64,000 nt of DNA from Eledone cirrhosa (lineage: Eukaryota). The translations under genes and the position numbers were made by a program. Of this stretch, positions 1 through 13,093 are shown piece by piece. The notes beneath the pieces are model-generated. The model was not told where the DNA came from. It did no database searches and saw nothing but the letters and a program-made list of their open reading frames with translations. The DNA lies in contig OZ024746.1 in assembly GCA_964016885.1 (NCBI GenBank), positions 51,274,001 to 51,338,000 of the forward strand, given 5' to 3'. Numbering within the stretch: position 1 is the first letter of the stretch; each line of letters begins with the position of its first letter.

Positions 1-203
1 CAATGTGTGTATGTGTATGTGTGTATATGTGTATGTGTGTATGTGTACATGTGTATGTGTGCATGTGTGTATGTGTGTATGTGTGCATGTGTGTGAGTAC
101 CTCAACGCGTGCGTCTTTCATGTGTTTATATGCAAATAGTATTGCACTTCCTTTCGTTTTTGTTCTCCCTATCTATCCAACCAGCCATCGTCTATCTACC
201 TAC

Positions 204-294
<91 letters not shown>

Positions 295-408
295 CCACAT
301 ACACTCACGTATATGTATACACACACACACATATATATATGAATATACACACACATATATGCGTGTATATACATATATGTTTGTAGATATACGTATGTAT
401 ATATGTAC

Positions 409-458
<50 letters not shown>

Positions 459-473
459 GGGATATATATTCAT

Positions 474-526
<53 letters not shown>

Positions 527-688
527 GGCTGTGCATGTATGTGTGTATCTTTGTACCATCTGTGTTTACTCTCCAAACAAACGACCTTGCAGCATTCACA
601 CTATAAAACAGACTTGATGTCTTCATAAAATCCATACTTCCCAATTTCTTATCCATTTATTCTGAGTAAATATATAAATATATATGTG

Positions 689-827
<139 letters not shown>

Positions 828-905
828 ATATATATACATATATATTTGCACACACACACACATATACATATATACATAGATAGATATACATACATACATA
901 TATAT

Positions 906-965
<60 letters not shown>

Positions 966-1167
966 TGTGTGTGTGTGTGTGCAAACATTGATGATCACAG
1001 TAGATTCAACAATAGTGTGGAAGCCGTGTGAATGGTATTGATGTCGTTATTAGTTCTATACTAGAAGACAGCAAATATTTAATAGTAACCATATTAAATA
1101 ACAACAGAAAGCTAGCTACTGCTGCAGTGCGTGTTCCTTTAACCAATATAAGAAACATCGAACCCCT

Positions 1168-1202
<35 letters not shown>

Positions 1203-1209
1203 GCCATTC

Positions 1210-2540
1210 CAGATTGATAATTGTCTTTCCAGAGATCCAGACCAACTGGCACGCATGTGTCAGCCAGAGAATATCTTCTCTATTTAAGGCTTTTAACATC
1301 TCGGACTGAATACCATACTCCCCAGAGGCTTTGTCACATTTGAGTTCTTTAATTGGTCTGGTGATCTCAGGCCCCCAGAGGTTACTCATTGCTCCTAGAT
1401 GCACCTCATGAACATCAGAAGATGCTGTGACTGGGTTTAGGAGATCAGCAAATATTCTCTCCATCTCGCAGGAATGCACCTCTTTGAAAAGCGAAGAACC
1501 TCAGACGCATTCCTGATATCAGGCATGGACGGTGGTGATCTCTTATTACGAAGTCGGTGGATGGTCTACTGGAACCCTTTATTTGCTGATCTGAAGTCAT
1601 ATTCCAGCTTAACCCTAAAATTCTCTCATGTCTTAACATTAAATGCCTTTACGATCAGTGCTACGACTTTTTGTGCCTGCTTATATCGCAAGTGTAAGAA
1701 CTGAATTTATTTCCAAGCCAAGTTTTGTAAGTCTCCTCCTCTGCTCGGATGGATGTTTGATCCCTTGATTGAACCAAGGGGTCTTCCTGCTACCCGACCC
1801 CACACCAAACCGCTTTCACCCTCAGCATTTAACAGCTGAACAATCTCCATTCCATTACAACGTTCTCAGTTTTCTTAGGGAGTTCTCTGAATTTGGATGC
1901 AATAGCATCTGCATACCTGGTCATGACCTCTTTATCAGCCAGCGTTTCCCTCTTTATCATATATATTGACCTGGATCTGCCAGATTTGTGGGGTTTCTTG
2001 GCTTTAGGTAGTCTCAGGTTGCAGAATCGAAGAGATCAGAGACAATAGCAAGATCAGTTACTAATCTCTGTTTTCGATTTCTCTTATGCCATGTGTATTT
2101 GTGGACTTTGGGATGGAAGAAAGTATTCTTAATAGAGAGCCCATTACTAGAACAGAAGTATAATAAGGCTTCTCCATTCGTATTTAGATTGGGATCACAA
2201 TTATTTCCAATCACTCCTTCCCATGTCAGATGGTCAGTGCCAACATGTGCATTGAAGTCTCCCATCAGGATATATGACTCAGTCTTAACTACATCTAACA
2301 CTGCAGTGACTTCATCAAGAAAGGATCTGTATTCGGACTCTCTGTTTGGCGCATAAACATGCACCACCCACAGAGACCTTTCTTCCAGGCTAAGCTACAA
2401 GAGGCAAATCATCTCTCCTAATGGGATTCCTTCAGCCGGGGAGGTAGGAGTATACCCACTCTCGCCTGTACAGTCATTTCTGTCACCACACATGTATAGT
2501 GGAGTTTCCATCCTCCACCAAATCTACAGTACCGGAGCCA
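1210..2540 (-). pseudogene. RTE-clade (Rex3/Expander-like) LINE fragment: APE endonuclease and start of RT, decayed
   Basis: ORF 2014-2367 has VYAPN...ILMGDFNAHVG...WEGVIG APE motifs. ORF 1006-1479 has KASGEYGIQSEMLKAL...WLTHACQLVWISG (RT domain 0). Stops and frameshifts lie between them. Confidence 0.8.
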
Positions 2541-2699
2541 CGGAACTTTATCGAAGAAACCCTGACTGTTTCCAATCGGTAGCACTTGTTCCTGTAAGGG
2601 TTGTAACTTTCCAGTACCCAAGTTTTCCTTTCCGAACCTCTTTGCGGTCTTGGGATACACAACCTTTGTGCGTCCATCCTACACCTTCCAGGACAGGTC

Positions 2700-3260
2700 G
2701 CAGGCCCATTGCCAATTCTCACAGCAATGGATAGAGACTGCAATATAATCCTTTTCCTTTTTAGGGCGTCGGGGGAATCTCTGAATTGGGACGTGATGTG
2801 CTGTGACTCGTTCTCCGCCTCCAATTCTGTCACTTCGGCCACAAACCCGGGTTCCGCTACTCGCAATGCAGAGGAGAAGAAAATAGTTAAATACCGGGGC
2901 CTGACCGACCGTTTCCTCTTTGTCTCCGTCGAGAGCTGTGGTGTCCGTGATCCCCGCACTACTGATTTCCCCCGTAAAATCGGAAAGACAGTGACCCGTT
3001 TGAGGAGGAAGCCCAGTGAAGTTGAGTTGCTTTTGCAGTGTGTTTCTAGCCATTCTCCACGTTAAAACGACTTTGCCATTTTGACCACGGGGCGCCGCTA
3101 AGGCACCACTCCGACTGAAGTATAGTGTCTGTCCCTCCCCTCTCCCTTTCTTTCGTTGCTTGATTCTTTTCCTTTTATTCGTTTCCTTTTTTTCCTTTCC
3201 CTCTTTGTTCCCTGTAAAATTGTGTTTTGTTTTTGAATGAAAAGCTTTGTAAAATAAAAT
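2700..3260 (+). mobile_element. CRE-like non-LTR retrotransposon 3' fragment (restriction-like endonuclease domain and pyrimidine-rich 3' UTR)
   Basis: Translation LNWDVMCCD...ATRNAEEKKIVKYRGLTDRFLFVSVESCG...RKIG fits the WD..D / AE.KK..KY / F.P.A.E..G pattern of CRE-type RLE domains. Confidence 0.65.
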
Positions 3261-3325
3261 AGAATTTGGTAAAAGAAAAACAATTTAAAACTACATGTGC
3301 AAACAATCTTGTATTATAAGTGTAA

Positions 3326-4185
3326 GTGGTTGATTGGCAGTATCGGTGGAGCGTCAAGCACCATGCTTTGCAGCATAGAGTTATGGCTCTTTACGTTTTG
3401 AGTTCAAATTCTGCCGAAGTTAGCTTTGCCTTTCATTCTTACGGGGTCGATAAAATAAAGTACCAGTAATGCACTGGAGTAATTGCTGGCCTTGTGCCAA
3501 AATTAGAAACAATTATTTTAGACAAAGGGCGGTTGATTGGCAGCATCAGTAGAGCGTCGGACACCATGCTTTGCAGCATAGAGTTATGGCCATTTACGTT
3601 CTGAGTTTAAATCCTGCCGAGGTTAACTTTGCCATTCATCCTTACGGGGTCGATAAAATAAAGTACCAGTAATGCACTGGGGTAATTGCTGGCCTTGTGG
3701 CAAAAGTGGAAACAATTATATTGCAAGTGGCTGAGTATTCCAAAACCTTGTGTGCACTTAACCTGATTTTTGTCAGAATCAGTGTCACAAAATATATAAC
3801 GAGGCAGGACTTTTGAATTCTGAAACAGTTCAAAACATTGCATTTGCTAGGAGTTGATTGTACTCAATATATTGTACTCAATAAATAAAGTACCAGTAAT
3901 GCACTGGGGTAATTGCTGGCCTTGTTCCAAAAGTAGAAACATTTATTTTAGACAAAGGGCGATGGATTGGAAATATCGGTAGAGCGTCGGACACCATGCT
4001 TTCCAGCATAGAGTTATGGTCATTTACTGTCTAAGTTCAAATTCCGCCGAGGTTAACTTTGCCTTTCATCTTTACGGGGTTGATAAAATAAAGTACCAGT
4101 CATGCACTGGGGTAGATTTTATCGACTTCCCGCTCCCCCCAAAATATGCTGGCCTTGTGCCTATATAAGAAACAATTATTTTAGA
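3326..4185 (+). mobile_element. Cluster of 3 full and 1 partial copies of a ~190 bp tRNA-derived SINE
   Basis: Repeated GGCGGTGGATTGGCAGTATCGGTAGAGCG (A box) ... GAGTTCAAATTCCGCCGAGG (B box) ... GTAGAAACAATTATT at ~3326, ~3527, ~3880 (partial) and ~3957. Confidence 0.85.
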
Positions 4186-4975
4186 CAAAGTAAAATATTG
4201 CAAAACAAAAATTTTACATAACATCACGAGTATTGCAAAGACATTGTACATGTGTATGTGTGTATGCATGTGTGTGTATGCATGCGTTCGTGTGTGTGTG
4301 TATACATGCGTATGTGTGAGTGACTGTGTGCATGCATGCGTACGTGTGTGTGAGCGTGTGCATGCATGCGTACGTGTGTGCGTGTGTATGTATGCGTTCG
4401 TATGTGTATGTGTGTGTGTGTGTGTATGCATGCGTTCGTGTGTGTGAGTGTATATATGCCTGCGTACATGTGTGTAAGTGTGTGTATATACATGCGTAAG
4501 AGTGTGTCTGTGTGTGTGTGTGTGTGTCTGTCTGTGTGTGTATGTATCGATTACTCATTCAAGCTAAATTATCTGGTAGCATAAGATTTGGTAACTAAAG
4601 TAGCAGGAACATTAGCTCTATAATTCCAGTGTTGATCTGCAAGAATGCTTATGTTGCACCCCGTAACACACCACACAGCTGCAACATAAAAAAAAAAAAA
4701 TCAATTCTATATGTTAATATCTAATGATATATTTCTTGACTGGTTCTAAAAAGAATGTTGGAGTCATAACATAAAGAAAGAAAATAATTCAGATTAAGAT
4801 TCTCCTAGGCTGTTCCGGGTTCTATCGTGTGCGGCGCTTTGAGAAAGTTGTCTTCTATTTAAACCTTCAGTTAACCAATACTTTCCCAGTGAATGTATAC
4901 AGCTTCAAATGATGTTATTAAGATATTGAACTTATATAAGCAATTAAAAACAATACTAACTACACAAAGTAGAGT

Positions 4976-5144
4976 TACCGTATTTCCCGTAAGACGCTAC
5001 TTTTTTCCTAAAATAAGTTTCAAAAATCTACCATGCGTCCTGGAGGACGAAGGTTGTTTATTATTTTTTTCTTCAAATCTTTGGTTGTCAAAATTAGGGT
5101 TCGTCCTCGAGGACGAAGCGTCTTCGGCGCCGGGAAATATGGTA
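4976..5144. mobile_element. Tc1/mariner/pogo-type MITE
   Basis: Terminal inverted repeats TACCGTATTTCCCG ... CGGGAAATATGGTA with TA at both ends and no ORF. Confidence 0.75.
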
Positions 5145-5159
5145 TATTGAATATTCAAG

Positions 5160-5740
5160 TATCTTTTATGGTTATGAAAACGGAAAAAGAAGGGAAAGGC
5201 AAGGGCTCTGGTGTCACAGAAGAATGGAGATGTGGAAGGGGAGGGGGTGGACTCTGGGCCTGGGGCGTGGTGGTATTGAGGCTGCGCTCCGCGGACAAGA
5301 CCGCAAAAGTTTTCCCGTGGACAATGGCCAGCGACACCCGCTCCTTCCTCAGATGGGTCGCAGACGTTCCGATCTTGCGGAGGAGCTCGCCAGTACGAGG
5401 TCCAAGTACGCCTGAGATCTCGATGGCGACCGGTGCAGAGAGAAAGCGGCCGGACAATCCTCGGTATTTGTTTCTCTTCCTTTCCTCTGCATTGCGAGCC
5501 GCAGTACCGGTGGTTCGTCCTTCCTCAGACGGCCGCCATCGTTCCGATCTTGCGGAGGAGCTCGGCAGTACGAGGTCCAAGTACGCCTGAGATCTCGATG
5601 ACGACTGGTGCAAAGAGGAAGCGGCCGGACAATCCTCGGTATTTTATTTTTCCTTTCCTCTGCATTGTCGGCTGCAGTACCGGGGTTTGTGGCTGAAGCG
5701 ACTAAGTTGGAAGCGGTCGAAACTCGAAACGACTCAAATT
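5160..5740 (-). mobile_element. Second CRE-like RLE fragment with an internal ~188 bp tandem duplication
   Basis: AARNAEERKRNKYRGLSGRFLSAPVAIEISGVLGPRTGELLRKIG is homologous to 2709-3065. The block GTTCCGATCTTGCGGAGGAGCTCG occurs at ~5366 and ~5541. Further remnants lie at ~9070-9350 (-) and ~11380-11560 (+). Confidence 0.65.
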
Positions 5741-6720
5741 TAGTCGTCAGGCAAAAATTCCCTGTCATATCTAAACTCTGTTTCTCTTGGGTATAGAGCA
5801 ATAAGTTTACCAAATTTCCCTCTCCCGTTCTCCCTTTCTTCCATGCCCTCACAGTCCTTACTTTTCTCCTTTTTTAGAAAATATTTCTGGCATTTATAGT
5901 CCTTTCTCCTACTTTCCTATACAGTCTTCTTTGCCCCTTCCTCCTCTGTTCGTTGGTTTTGTTTTTATCCCCCCCCCCCTTTTTTTTTTTTCATATTTCC
6001 ATCAATATTTGTTATGTTATTTATACAACTGTGAATTGATTTATTTTAGCAAATAAAACCATTTTTTTTTATTATTCATAATATATACAAAGAAATTGGG
6101 CTGGTTCGAAAATTTGAAATTTATTTGCTTATATTATGCAAAACAGTTACGATTCATATATTAACTAAAAAGTAGTCGAGTAAGACGGGGGAAAAGGGTC
6201 AACAGACACATCTACATCTGTGTCCGCCAATTTTATAGTTAATATATAAATAATTGTTTCTACTTTTGGCACAAGGCCAGCAATTACCCAGTACATTACT
6301 GGTACTTTATTGCAATTGCTTGTCAGATTATATAGTTTGGTGCATTTTTAGGTTACGGCCAGCCACACAAACCTGTAACATATCCTGAACAAGCAATGCC
6401 TGTGCTTTGAAGGTCTTTAAAGTGGGGAAAGGCCTTGCATTCGACCAATCCCAGTCTCTACTGAAAAAGAGAACTGGTCAACATCATCGGATGCTTCCTA
6501 AGCCGCAGGTTTTTTTTTCAGAGTTTCCCCTCTCCTAGAAAGGTGTTGTGTCAACAATTGAGGGCCTTTCACTCCTAGGTGAAAAAAAACCTACTATTTG
6601 GATGGTCGTTGTCTCTGCTGAGTTCCTCCGCCCTTTGCCAGTTTAGTCACCTACGACCCGACCATGAGACAGGTTGTACTGGGTTACATGTTACCAGTAG
6701 CACTCGAGAGCAACTTGACT

Positions 6721-6777
<57 letters not shown>

Positions 6778-6780
6778 AAC

Positions 6781-7190
6781 TGTAGCGAAGCGACACCTGT
6801 GGGGTGATAGCTCTGACGTCACAAACATACGTCATAAAAATAACACAGCCACTACTGGAGCCTTTTTGGAAACAAACTGTGTCAAGCTGTGTACATTTAA
6901 GCTGCCCTTGTTACAGCCCTTTGCTTTTGTCTTTCTTACGATTTGTTGCATTTTATTGATTGTTTTGCATGTTTCTGTTGTTACATTTTTGCGTGCCTTG
7001 CCTTTTGTTTGCTGCTTGTGCAAACATTTCTTTTGTTTATTACCTATCTTTGCCTTGCTTCTCACTACATATGTTTACTTCTTTATCGATTGGTCATCTG
7101 GAGGAGGGCTATATGTAACGAAGCGACACCTGTGGGGTGATAGCTCTGACGTCAAAAACGGACGTCATAAAAATAACACAGACACTCCGG
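6781..7190 (+). repeat. ~70 bp direct repeats 332 bp apart, LTR-start-like
   Basis: TGTA(G/A)CGAAGCGACACCTGTGGGGTGATAGCTCTGACGTCA at 6781 and 7113. The second copy is preceded by purine tract GGAGGAGGG. Confidence 0.45.
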
Positions 7191-7637
7191 CAAAAAAAAA
7201 TGCAGAGCGACAACACGCATTTTTCTTGGAGCTGATTGTACAAACTCGCACCAACCATTCCTATTCTTCTGAATATTTTTGCAAGTCATACATACACAAA
7301 TACACATCGTCTAAATAACTTTGAGAAATCTCGTTTAGCCCACCTTTGTGAGATAAGATTTAACACCAGAGTCCGGTTAGGCATTCCAACCTGCTCCGTT
7401 CAAGATCCTGTCACCTGCACCAAATACGGGTTGATGTGTAAATCAGCAGCTGGATTGAAGTGCCATTTGAGGCATAAACATAAAAAAATGAACTGAAAAG
7501 ACTGTTGAACCTTACCATATACGGGATCTTCTGAAACTGAGAAAAATCAATCTGTAGACGCAGAAGTAAATATTTCCAAAAACGTTTTTGAAATATGTTT
7601 AATTCTACGTCAAAAGATTAATTTTTCGCAGTTTCAG

Positions 7638-7695
<58 letters not shown>

Positions 7696-7890
7696 GAAAA
7701 CGAAAAAATCAGTGATGCATCGGAACTTATTTTATTGTGTGTTACAATTGTTTCCCCGGCGAACAGCTCGAGGTGCGATCCGTGTGTGGATCGACCCGAC
7801 TCTAGACTCGCAGGTTCCTCGGACACGTCTATTGATTTCGGAGCATATCCTCTTTCCGTAGGAGCATAGAGTGCTCATAGAGTGCTCAAC

Positions 7891-8285
7891 TCTAAAACAA
7901 TAGCATACGGTCTTCAAAATGCTTTTAATTAAGCATAAAGTGTATTGCAAAATACATTATATATACATTCATATATATATTGCTATTTCAGAGCTCCAAT
8001 TCTAATTTTTAATTTCTGCCTGACCGGCTACCGCTCTGTATAATCAGTTCCTGATTATTTACTAGAATTCTATAAGAATATAACATCAGTGATCTCAGTA
8101 GACAGGAGGGAGTAGTTAGCCTTGATAAGCATCAATAAATGCGAAACAAGGCCTTGTCAGCTTATCTCCCCTGTTTGCTGAGGTTAAAGTAAGTGAGTTT
8201 GCCACTATTCTAAAACAATAGCATACGGTCTTCAAAATGCTTTTAATTAAGCATAAAGTGTATTGCAAAATACATTATATATACA

Positions 8286-8295
<10 letters not shown>
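7891..8295 (+). mobile_element. Non-coding partial-tandem unit (period 318 bp) containing a decayed hammerhead
   Basis: TCTAAAACAATAGCATACGGTCTTCAAAATGC... at 7891 and 8209, HHR-like motif between them, ends in (TA)n. Confidence 0.65.
8118..8162 (+). ncRNA. Decayed type I hammerhead ribozyme
   Basis: AGCC-TTGATAA-GCAT caataa ATGC-GAAA-CAAGGCCTTG-TC-AGCT. Two core substitutions versus CTGATGA, palindromic stem III, stem I extendable over 8094-8182. Confidence 0.65.
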
Positions 8296-8327
<32 letters not shown>

Positions 8328-8336
8328 TATATATAC

Positions 8337-8369
<33 letters not shown>

Positions 8370-8579
8370 AAAATTGAATTAGAAGATTTTTTGACTAAAT
8401 ATAATAACAAGGCGTTCAAACCCACTGGACGGAAAGAAATATGTGCACCAGTACACATGGCTATCGAACCCACAACTTGTTTGCCAGACAAGTGCACAAC
8501 CACTACACGTAGTAGTAGTGTTCTTGTCCAGCAAACAAGAGTTGTTGGTTCAACTGCCATATGCATTTAAACCTTAACT

Positions 8580-8995
8580 CAGGCTCTTTACGTTCTGAGT
8601 TCAAATCCCGCCGAGGTTAGCTTTGCCTTTCATCCTTACAGGTTCGGTAAATAAAGCACCAGTAATGTACTGAGGGCGATTTAGTCGACTCTCCCCTCCC
8701 CTTCAAATTGCTGGCCTTGTGCCTAATGTAGAAACAATTATTAGAATATTCTTATGAGTTCAAATCTCACTGATGCTAACTTTGCCTTTCATCCTTACGG
8801 GGTCGATAAAATAAAGTACAGTAATGAATTGGGGTCGATTTAATCGACTTTCCCCTCCCCCAAAATTCATGTAGCACAGAGTTATGACCCTTTACACTCT
8901 GAGTTCAAATCCCGCCGAGGTTAAGTTTGCCTCTCATCCTCACGAGATCGATAAAATAAAGTACCAGTAATGTACTGGGGTAATTGCTGGCCTAG
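8580..8995 (+). mobile_element. Three 5'-truncated tandem copies of the tRNA-derived SINE
   Basis: GAGTTCAAATC...TTTGCCT.TCATCCT.AC repeated at ~8597, ~8756 and ~8901. Confidence 0.8.
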
Positions 8996-9393
8996 TAAGA
9001 GTTACGACGAAATCATTTAATTCAATTTTCAAACTCCGGTCACCATTTCCCATATATGTCTTCTTTATTTAATGGCTTTATTTATGGGGTCTAAAGAAAA
9101 GGAAGAATAGGGAAATATAGAAAAAAAGAGAGAGAAAGAAAGAAGGAAAAGAACGGGAAAGGGAGAGGATGGCAAGAACTCTGGTGTCGCAGAAGAGAGG
9201 GGAGGGGTGAAGGAGGATGGTGATTGGGCTTTGGGCCTAGGACAAGAGGGCAGAAGTGCTGTATCCCGTTGACAAGACGGCAAAAGCATTCCCCGGATTA
9301 TGGCCAGTGACTCCCGCGTTGAATCGGGGGTAACCGCAGAAAGGTACGTACTCAATACATTAGTAGAGTGTAAACATCAAATTTAATATAGAA

Positions 9394-9453
9394 ATGGCTA
9401 CTAAAGAAATGATGATTTCCTTCGATGAAACAGTTCTAGTCCTGTAGAAGCCA
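9394..9453 (+). ncRNA. Decayed hammerhead, same family as 29761
   Basis: TGGCTACTAAAG..ATGATGA-tttccttcgat-GAAA-CAGTTCTAG-TC-CTGTAGAAGCCA, immediately followed by (TA)n. Confidence 0.45.
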
Positions 9454-9456
9454 CTT

Positions 9457-9497
<41 letters not shown>

Positions 9498-10012
9498 CAT
9501 ACATGCACACACATTTATATATATATATATTTTATATATGTGTGTGTATGTGTGTCTGTGTTTGTGTATATGTGTGTGAGTGTGTGTGCGTGTATCAGAC
9601 AGACAAAACAAGATAACACCTGCACACCGACACAATTGGACATGTTGCTTTGATGTATGTCAGTAACATCACACACACACACACGTATACATCCGTTACC
9701 ACACACACACATATTGTACTTACTACAGTCTCTGACGGTTTCTATTTCTCACTCACTTCACATCACTTCTCATTCTTCCCCCTCATCTTCTCCTTCACCT
9801 GTCTGCATCCCCCCCTCTTCTATTCCTCCCCTCCCCCATCTTCTCCTTCCCCTCTTACACACATTGAATCATTCTTTTTCACGCATTTCATGTCTTCACT
9901 CGGTTTTTATACATATTCTTGCACACACACACTCGCACATGTACTTACACACGCATACACGCGCACATACACATATATATAGATATACATATACGTTTAC
10001 ACACACACACGC

Positions 10013-10046
<34 letters not shown>

Positions 10047-10111
10047 GTACTCACACATATCAGTACATTTATATATCTATATCTATCAATCTATCTATTT
10101 AGCTACCTATA

Positions 10112-10182
<71 letters not shown>

Positions 10183-10258
10183 TATATATATATATACTAT
10201 ATATATATATATATATACTATATATATACTATATATATATATATACTATATATATATA

Positions 10259-10332
<74 letters not shown>

Positions 10333-10334
<2 letters not shown>

Positions 10335-10862
10335 CTACTGTACGTCTGTATACATATATGTATGTACGTGTACATACTTATATTTAAGTAACAGCCGTAC
10401 TAAGAGTGGGAAATGAAATTTCGTTTCATTTTTTCCGTTTATCGTTTTCGGTGCACCCGGCCGATTAACCCAGTCGATATGCAAATTGGGCTACTCAGCC
10501 GTTAATATGCATAAGGTAAGTATATACGTTCAACAATCTGGCAGGAAGGTATACGTTGCTGACGATAGATAATAAGCTTGAAACTAGCACAGCGTTCCTT
10601 TGTCAGTGTTGAACAAACGAGCAACGATGGTTGCTAGACACTACAGCTTAATACGGGATGTTTGTTTACAAACACACCGAGCATTATAATAAATGTTCGG
10701 TGAATCCATACGTATATATATACATGTGTGCATGTATGTATATATACATATACATACTACTGTACGTCTGTATACATATATGTATGTACGTGTACATACT
10801 TATATTTAAGTAACAGCCGTACTAAGAGTGGGAAATGAAATTTCGTTTCATTTTTTCCGTTT
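10333..10862 (+). mobile_element. Retrozyme-like non-coding unit: 422 bp period, 108 bp direct terminal repeat, one hammerhead, within (TA)n
   Basis: TACTACTGTACGTCTG...TTTTCCGTTT at 10333-10440 and 10755-10862. HHR at 10553-10595. Second family member at 30100-30655. Confidence 0.75.
10553..10595 (+). ncRNA. Type I hammerhead with mutated cleavage triplet
   Basis: ACGTTG-CTGACGA-tagataataagctt-GAAA-CTAG-CA-CAGCGT. It has GCA where the 30395 copy has GUA. Confidence 0.65.
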
Positions 10863-10863
10863 A

Positions 10864-10965
<102 letters not shown>

Positions 10966-11815
10966 TACATATATATATATATCTGTGTGTGTGTGTGTCT
11001 GTGTGTCCACTGCCATACGTTGGGTGAGCCCCTTCGTACGACATTAGCAATGAATCACCAGCTTTATACAAATACATAAATACGACATATGTTAACCCTT
11101 TTGCTACTAACTCACCTGAAACCGCCTCTTCTACGATACAAATCGGGCAATCTTAAAATGTTCACACTTATATTATTAAAACTTCCCATCATAATTTTAT
11201 GATAACTTATGTTCCAATGATCGGTTTAATATAAAAAAAAATTACTTATTTTACGAAGTTCCTCGAAAACTTTGAATATTTAAAGCAAATTCATTGGAAC
11301 GCTTAACTTGTTCGATTATTTTTTTTATATTGAAACCTTAATTGTATCAATCCATTACAAACCAGCATACTTTCAAGCCGTGCCTTAGGCCCAGAGCGCA
11401 ATCACCCTCTCCCTTCCCTTCCTCATTCTTCCGTGACGCTAGGGCGCTTGCTTTCCCTTCATTTTTCGTTTTTCTTTATATTTTCTTATTTTGCATTCCA
11501 TTCTTTTTTTCTCAATCTAATCTGTTTTTCTCTTTTTCTATTAAATTGTTTTTACTAAGATGTAATCAAAAGACTTAAAATGGTAGCTAAGGTGCCAGTA
11601 TCACTTTGGTGTAAAAGCAACATCGTTGTCTGGCATATATCAGATGCAACGTTGTGTCCTACTGTTGACGCTCCTCACTTTTTTCCGTCTCTATTGGTTA
11701 ATATGCCTAAATTGTTCCACTATTTTTATTGTCAAACCTGTTTTGTAGCAACTTACTATACGCCAATGTACTTTTAAAATTCACATAGGGAGTGTATTTC
11801 ATTTGAAATAGTGTA

Positions 11816-12790
11816 ATAGAATGGCTAAGATATTGAACACTTACATCCTACCAGTTGCGTTATATGGTCTTGATTGTGTTAACTGGACGATAATCTCACT
11901 TCAGAAGCTCTCTACTTTCCAGAATCACATCATAAGACTTATGACTAACAAACAACTCAACGACCACATCTCTGTCAATGAACTACTCAACATTACCAAG
12001 CTTAAACCAATCACATCAGTTATCAAGTCAAGACTACTATTTACTACTACTTTGAGGCTAAACTACGCCAGTTACAAACTGTGCATCAACATGAGAGATT
12101 TTTCTCCACAAAGTTCGATCACCAACAACAGAGTTTAAAGAGCAAATATCAAGTCCAGTCCATAGGTTGACATTACCAAACCATCGTTTTGGCTGCCGGC
12201 CTCTGCTTCTCTTTCCAGTCAAACTTCCTTCTAGGCATAACATACTCACACTACGAGTTGATCTTTTTATATGACCGTATAGCTTGACAATTGATGGAAT
12301 TGGTCTAAGTCTGGTAATGTTGAGCAGCTCACTGATACAGATACGGTCGCTGAGCAGCTCACTGATACAAATACGGTCGCTGAGCCGCTTGCCAGTGATG
12401 TGGTTCTGGAATGTAGAGAGCTTCTGACCTTGTCGTCCATTTAGCACAATCAAGACCAGATAACCCAACTGGTAGTGTATGACAACTGATAAAAAACAAT
12501 GCCAATCTCCAACTCACAATCTACAACCGGTAAGTCAAGACTACTTAAACTGTATGGCCATATCAAAAGATCAACTCGTGGTGTGAGTAAGTTATGCCCA
12601 GAAGGAAAGTTAGCCGGTATGAGAAGCATGGATCAACAGCCAAAACGGTGACTTGATAATGTCAACTTATGGACTGGACTTGACCTTTCTCTTTAATCAC
12701 TTCTGCTGGTGATCGAAATTTGTGGAAAAGAATATCTCGTGTTGATGCGCAGTCTGCAACAGGCGGAGTGAGCATCTAGGAGGAACAAAA
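11816..12790 (+). mobile_element. RTE-like LINE 3' fragment interrupted by an antisense copy of a related family (12039-12531)
   Basis: ILPVALYGLDCVNWT...LSTFQNHI on +, and KLYGHIKRS...LEGSLTGKRSRGRQPKRW on -. 14 bp TSD AAGTCAAGACTACT at 12025-12038 and 12532-12545. Confidence 0.75.
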
Positions 12791-13013
12791 TAGTTAAGTA
12801 ATCACTTTGCTTTGTTATCTGTAAAATGTCACCGAAAGCTGGATCTTGTTTCATATTAATGGCAATAAAATATATTATCTCTCCTGTAGGGGTTTATATA
12901 GTGTTCTATTGTGTATTTAAAGGACGCCGTAAAGTTGAATGATTAGGAACTTTGCGGTGTACTCATAAAGTACTGAGTTCAGTCCCACTACGTATCTTTC
13001 ACTCCCTCTTTCT

Positions 13014-13090
<77 letters not shown>

Positions 13091-13093
<3 letters not shown>

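Noticed and set aside
1166-1204. Poly-Gln / poly-Cys stretch
   Set aside because: (TTG)n microsatellite at the break of a LINE fragment
3326-3420. tRNA-like A and B boxes
   Set aside because: Head of a multi-copy SINE with no cloverleaf, so not a tRNA gene
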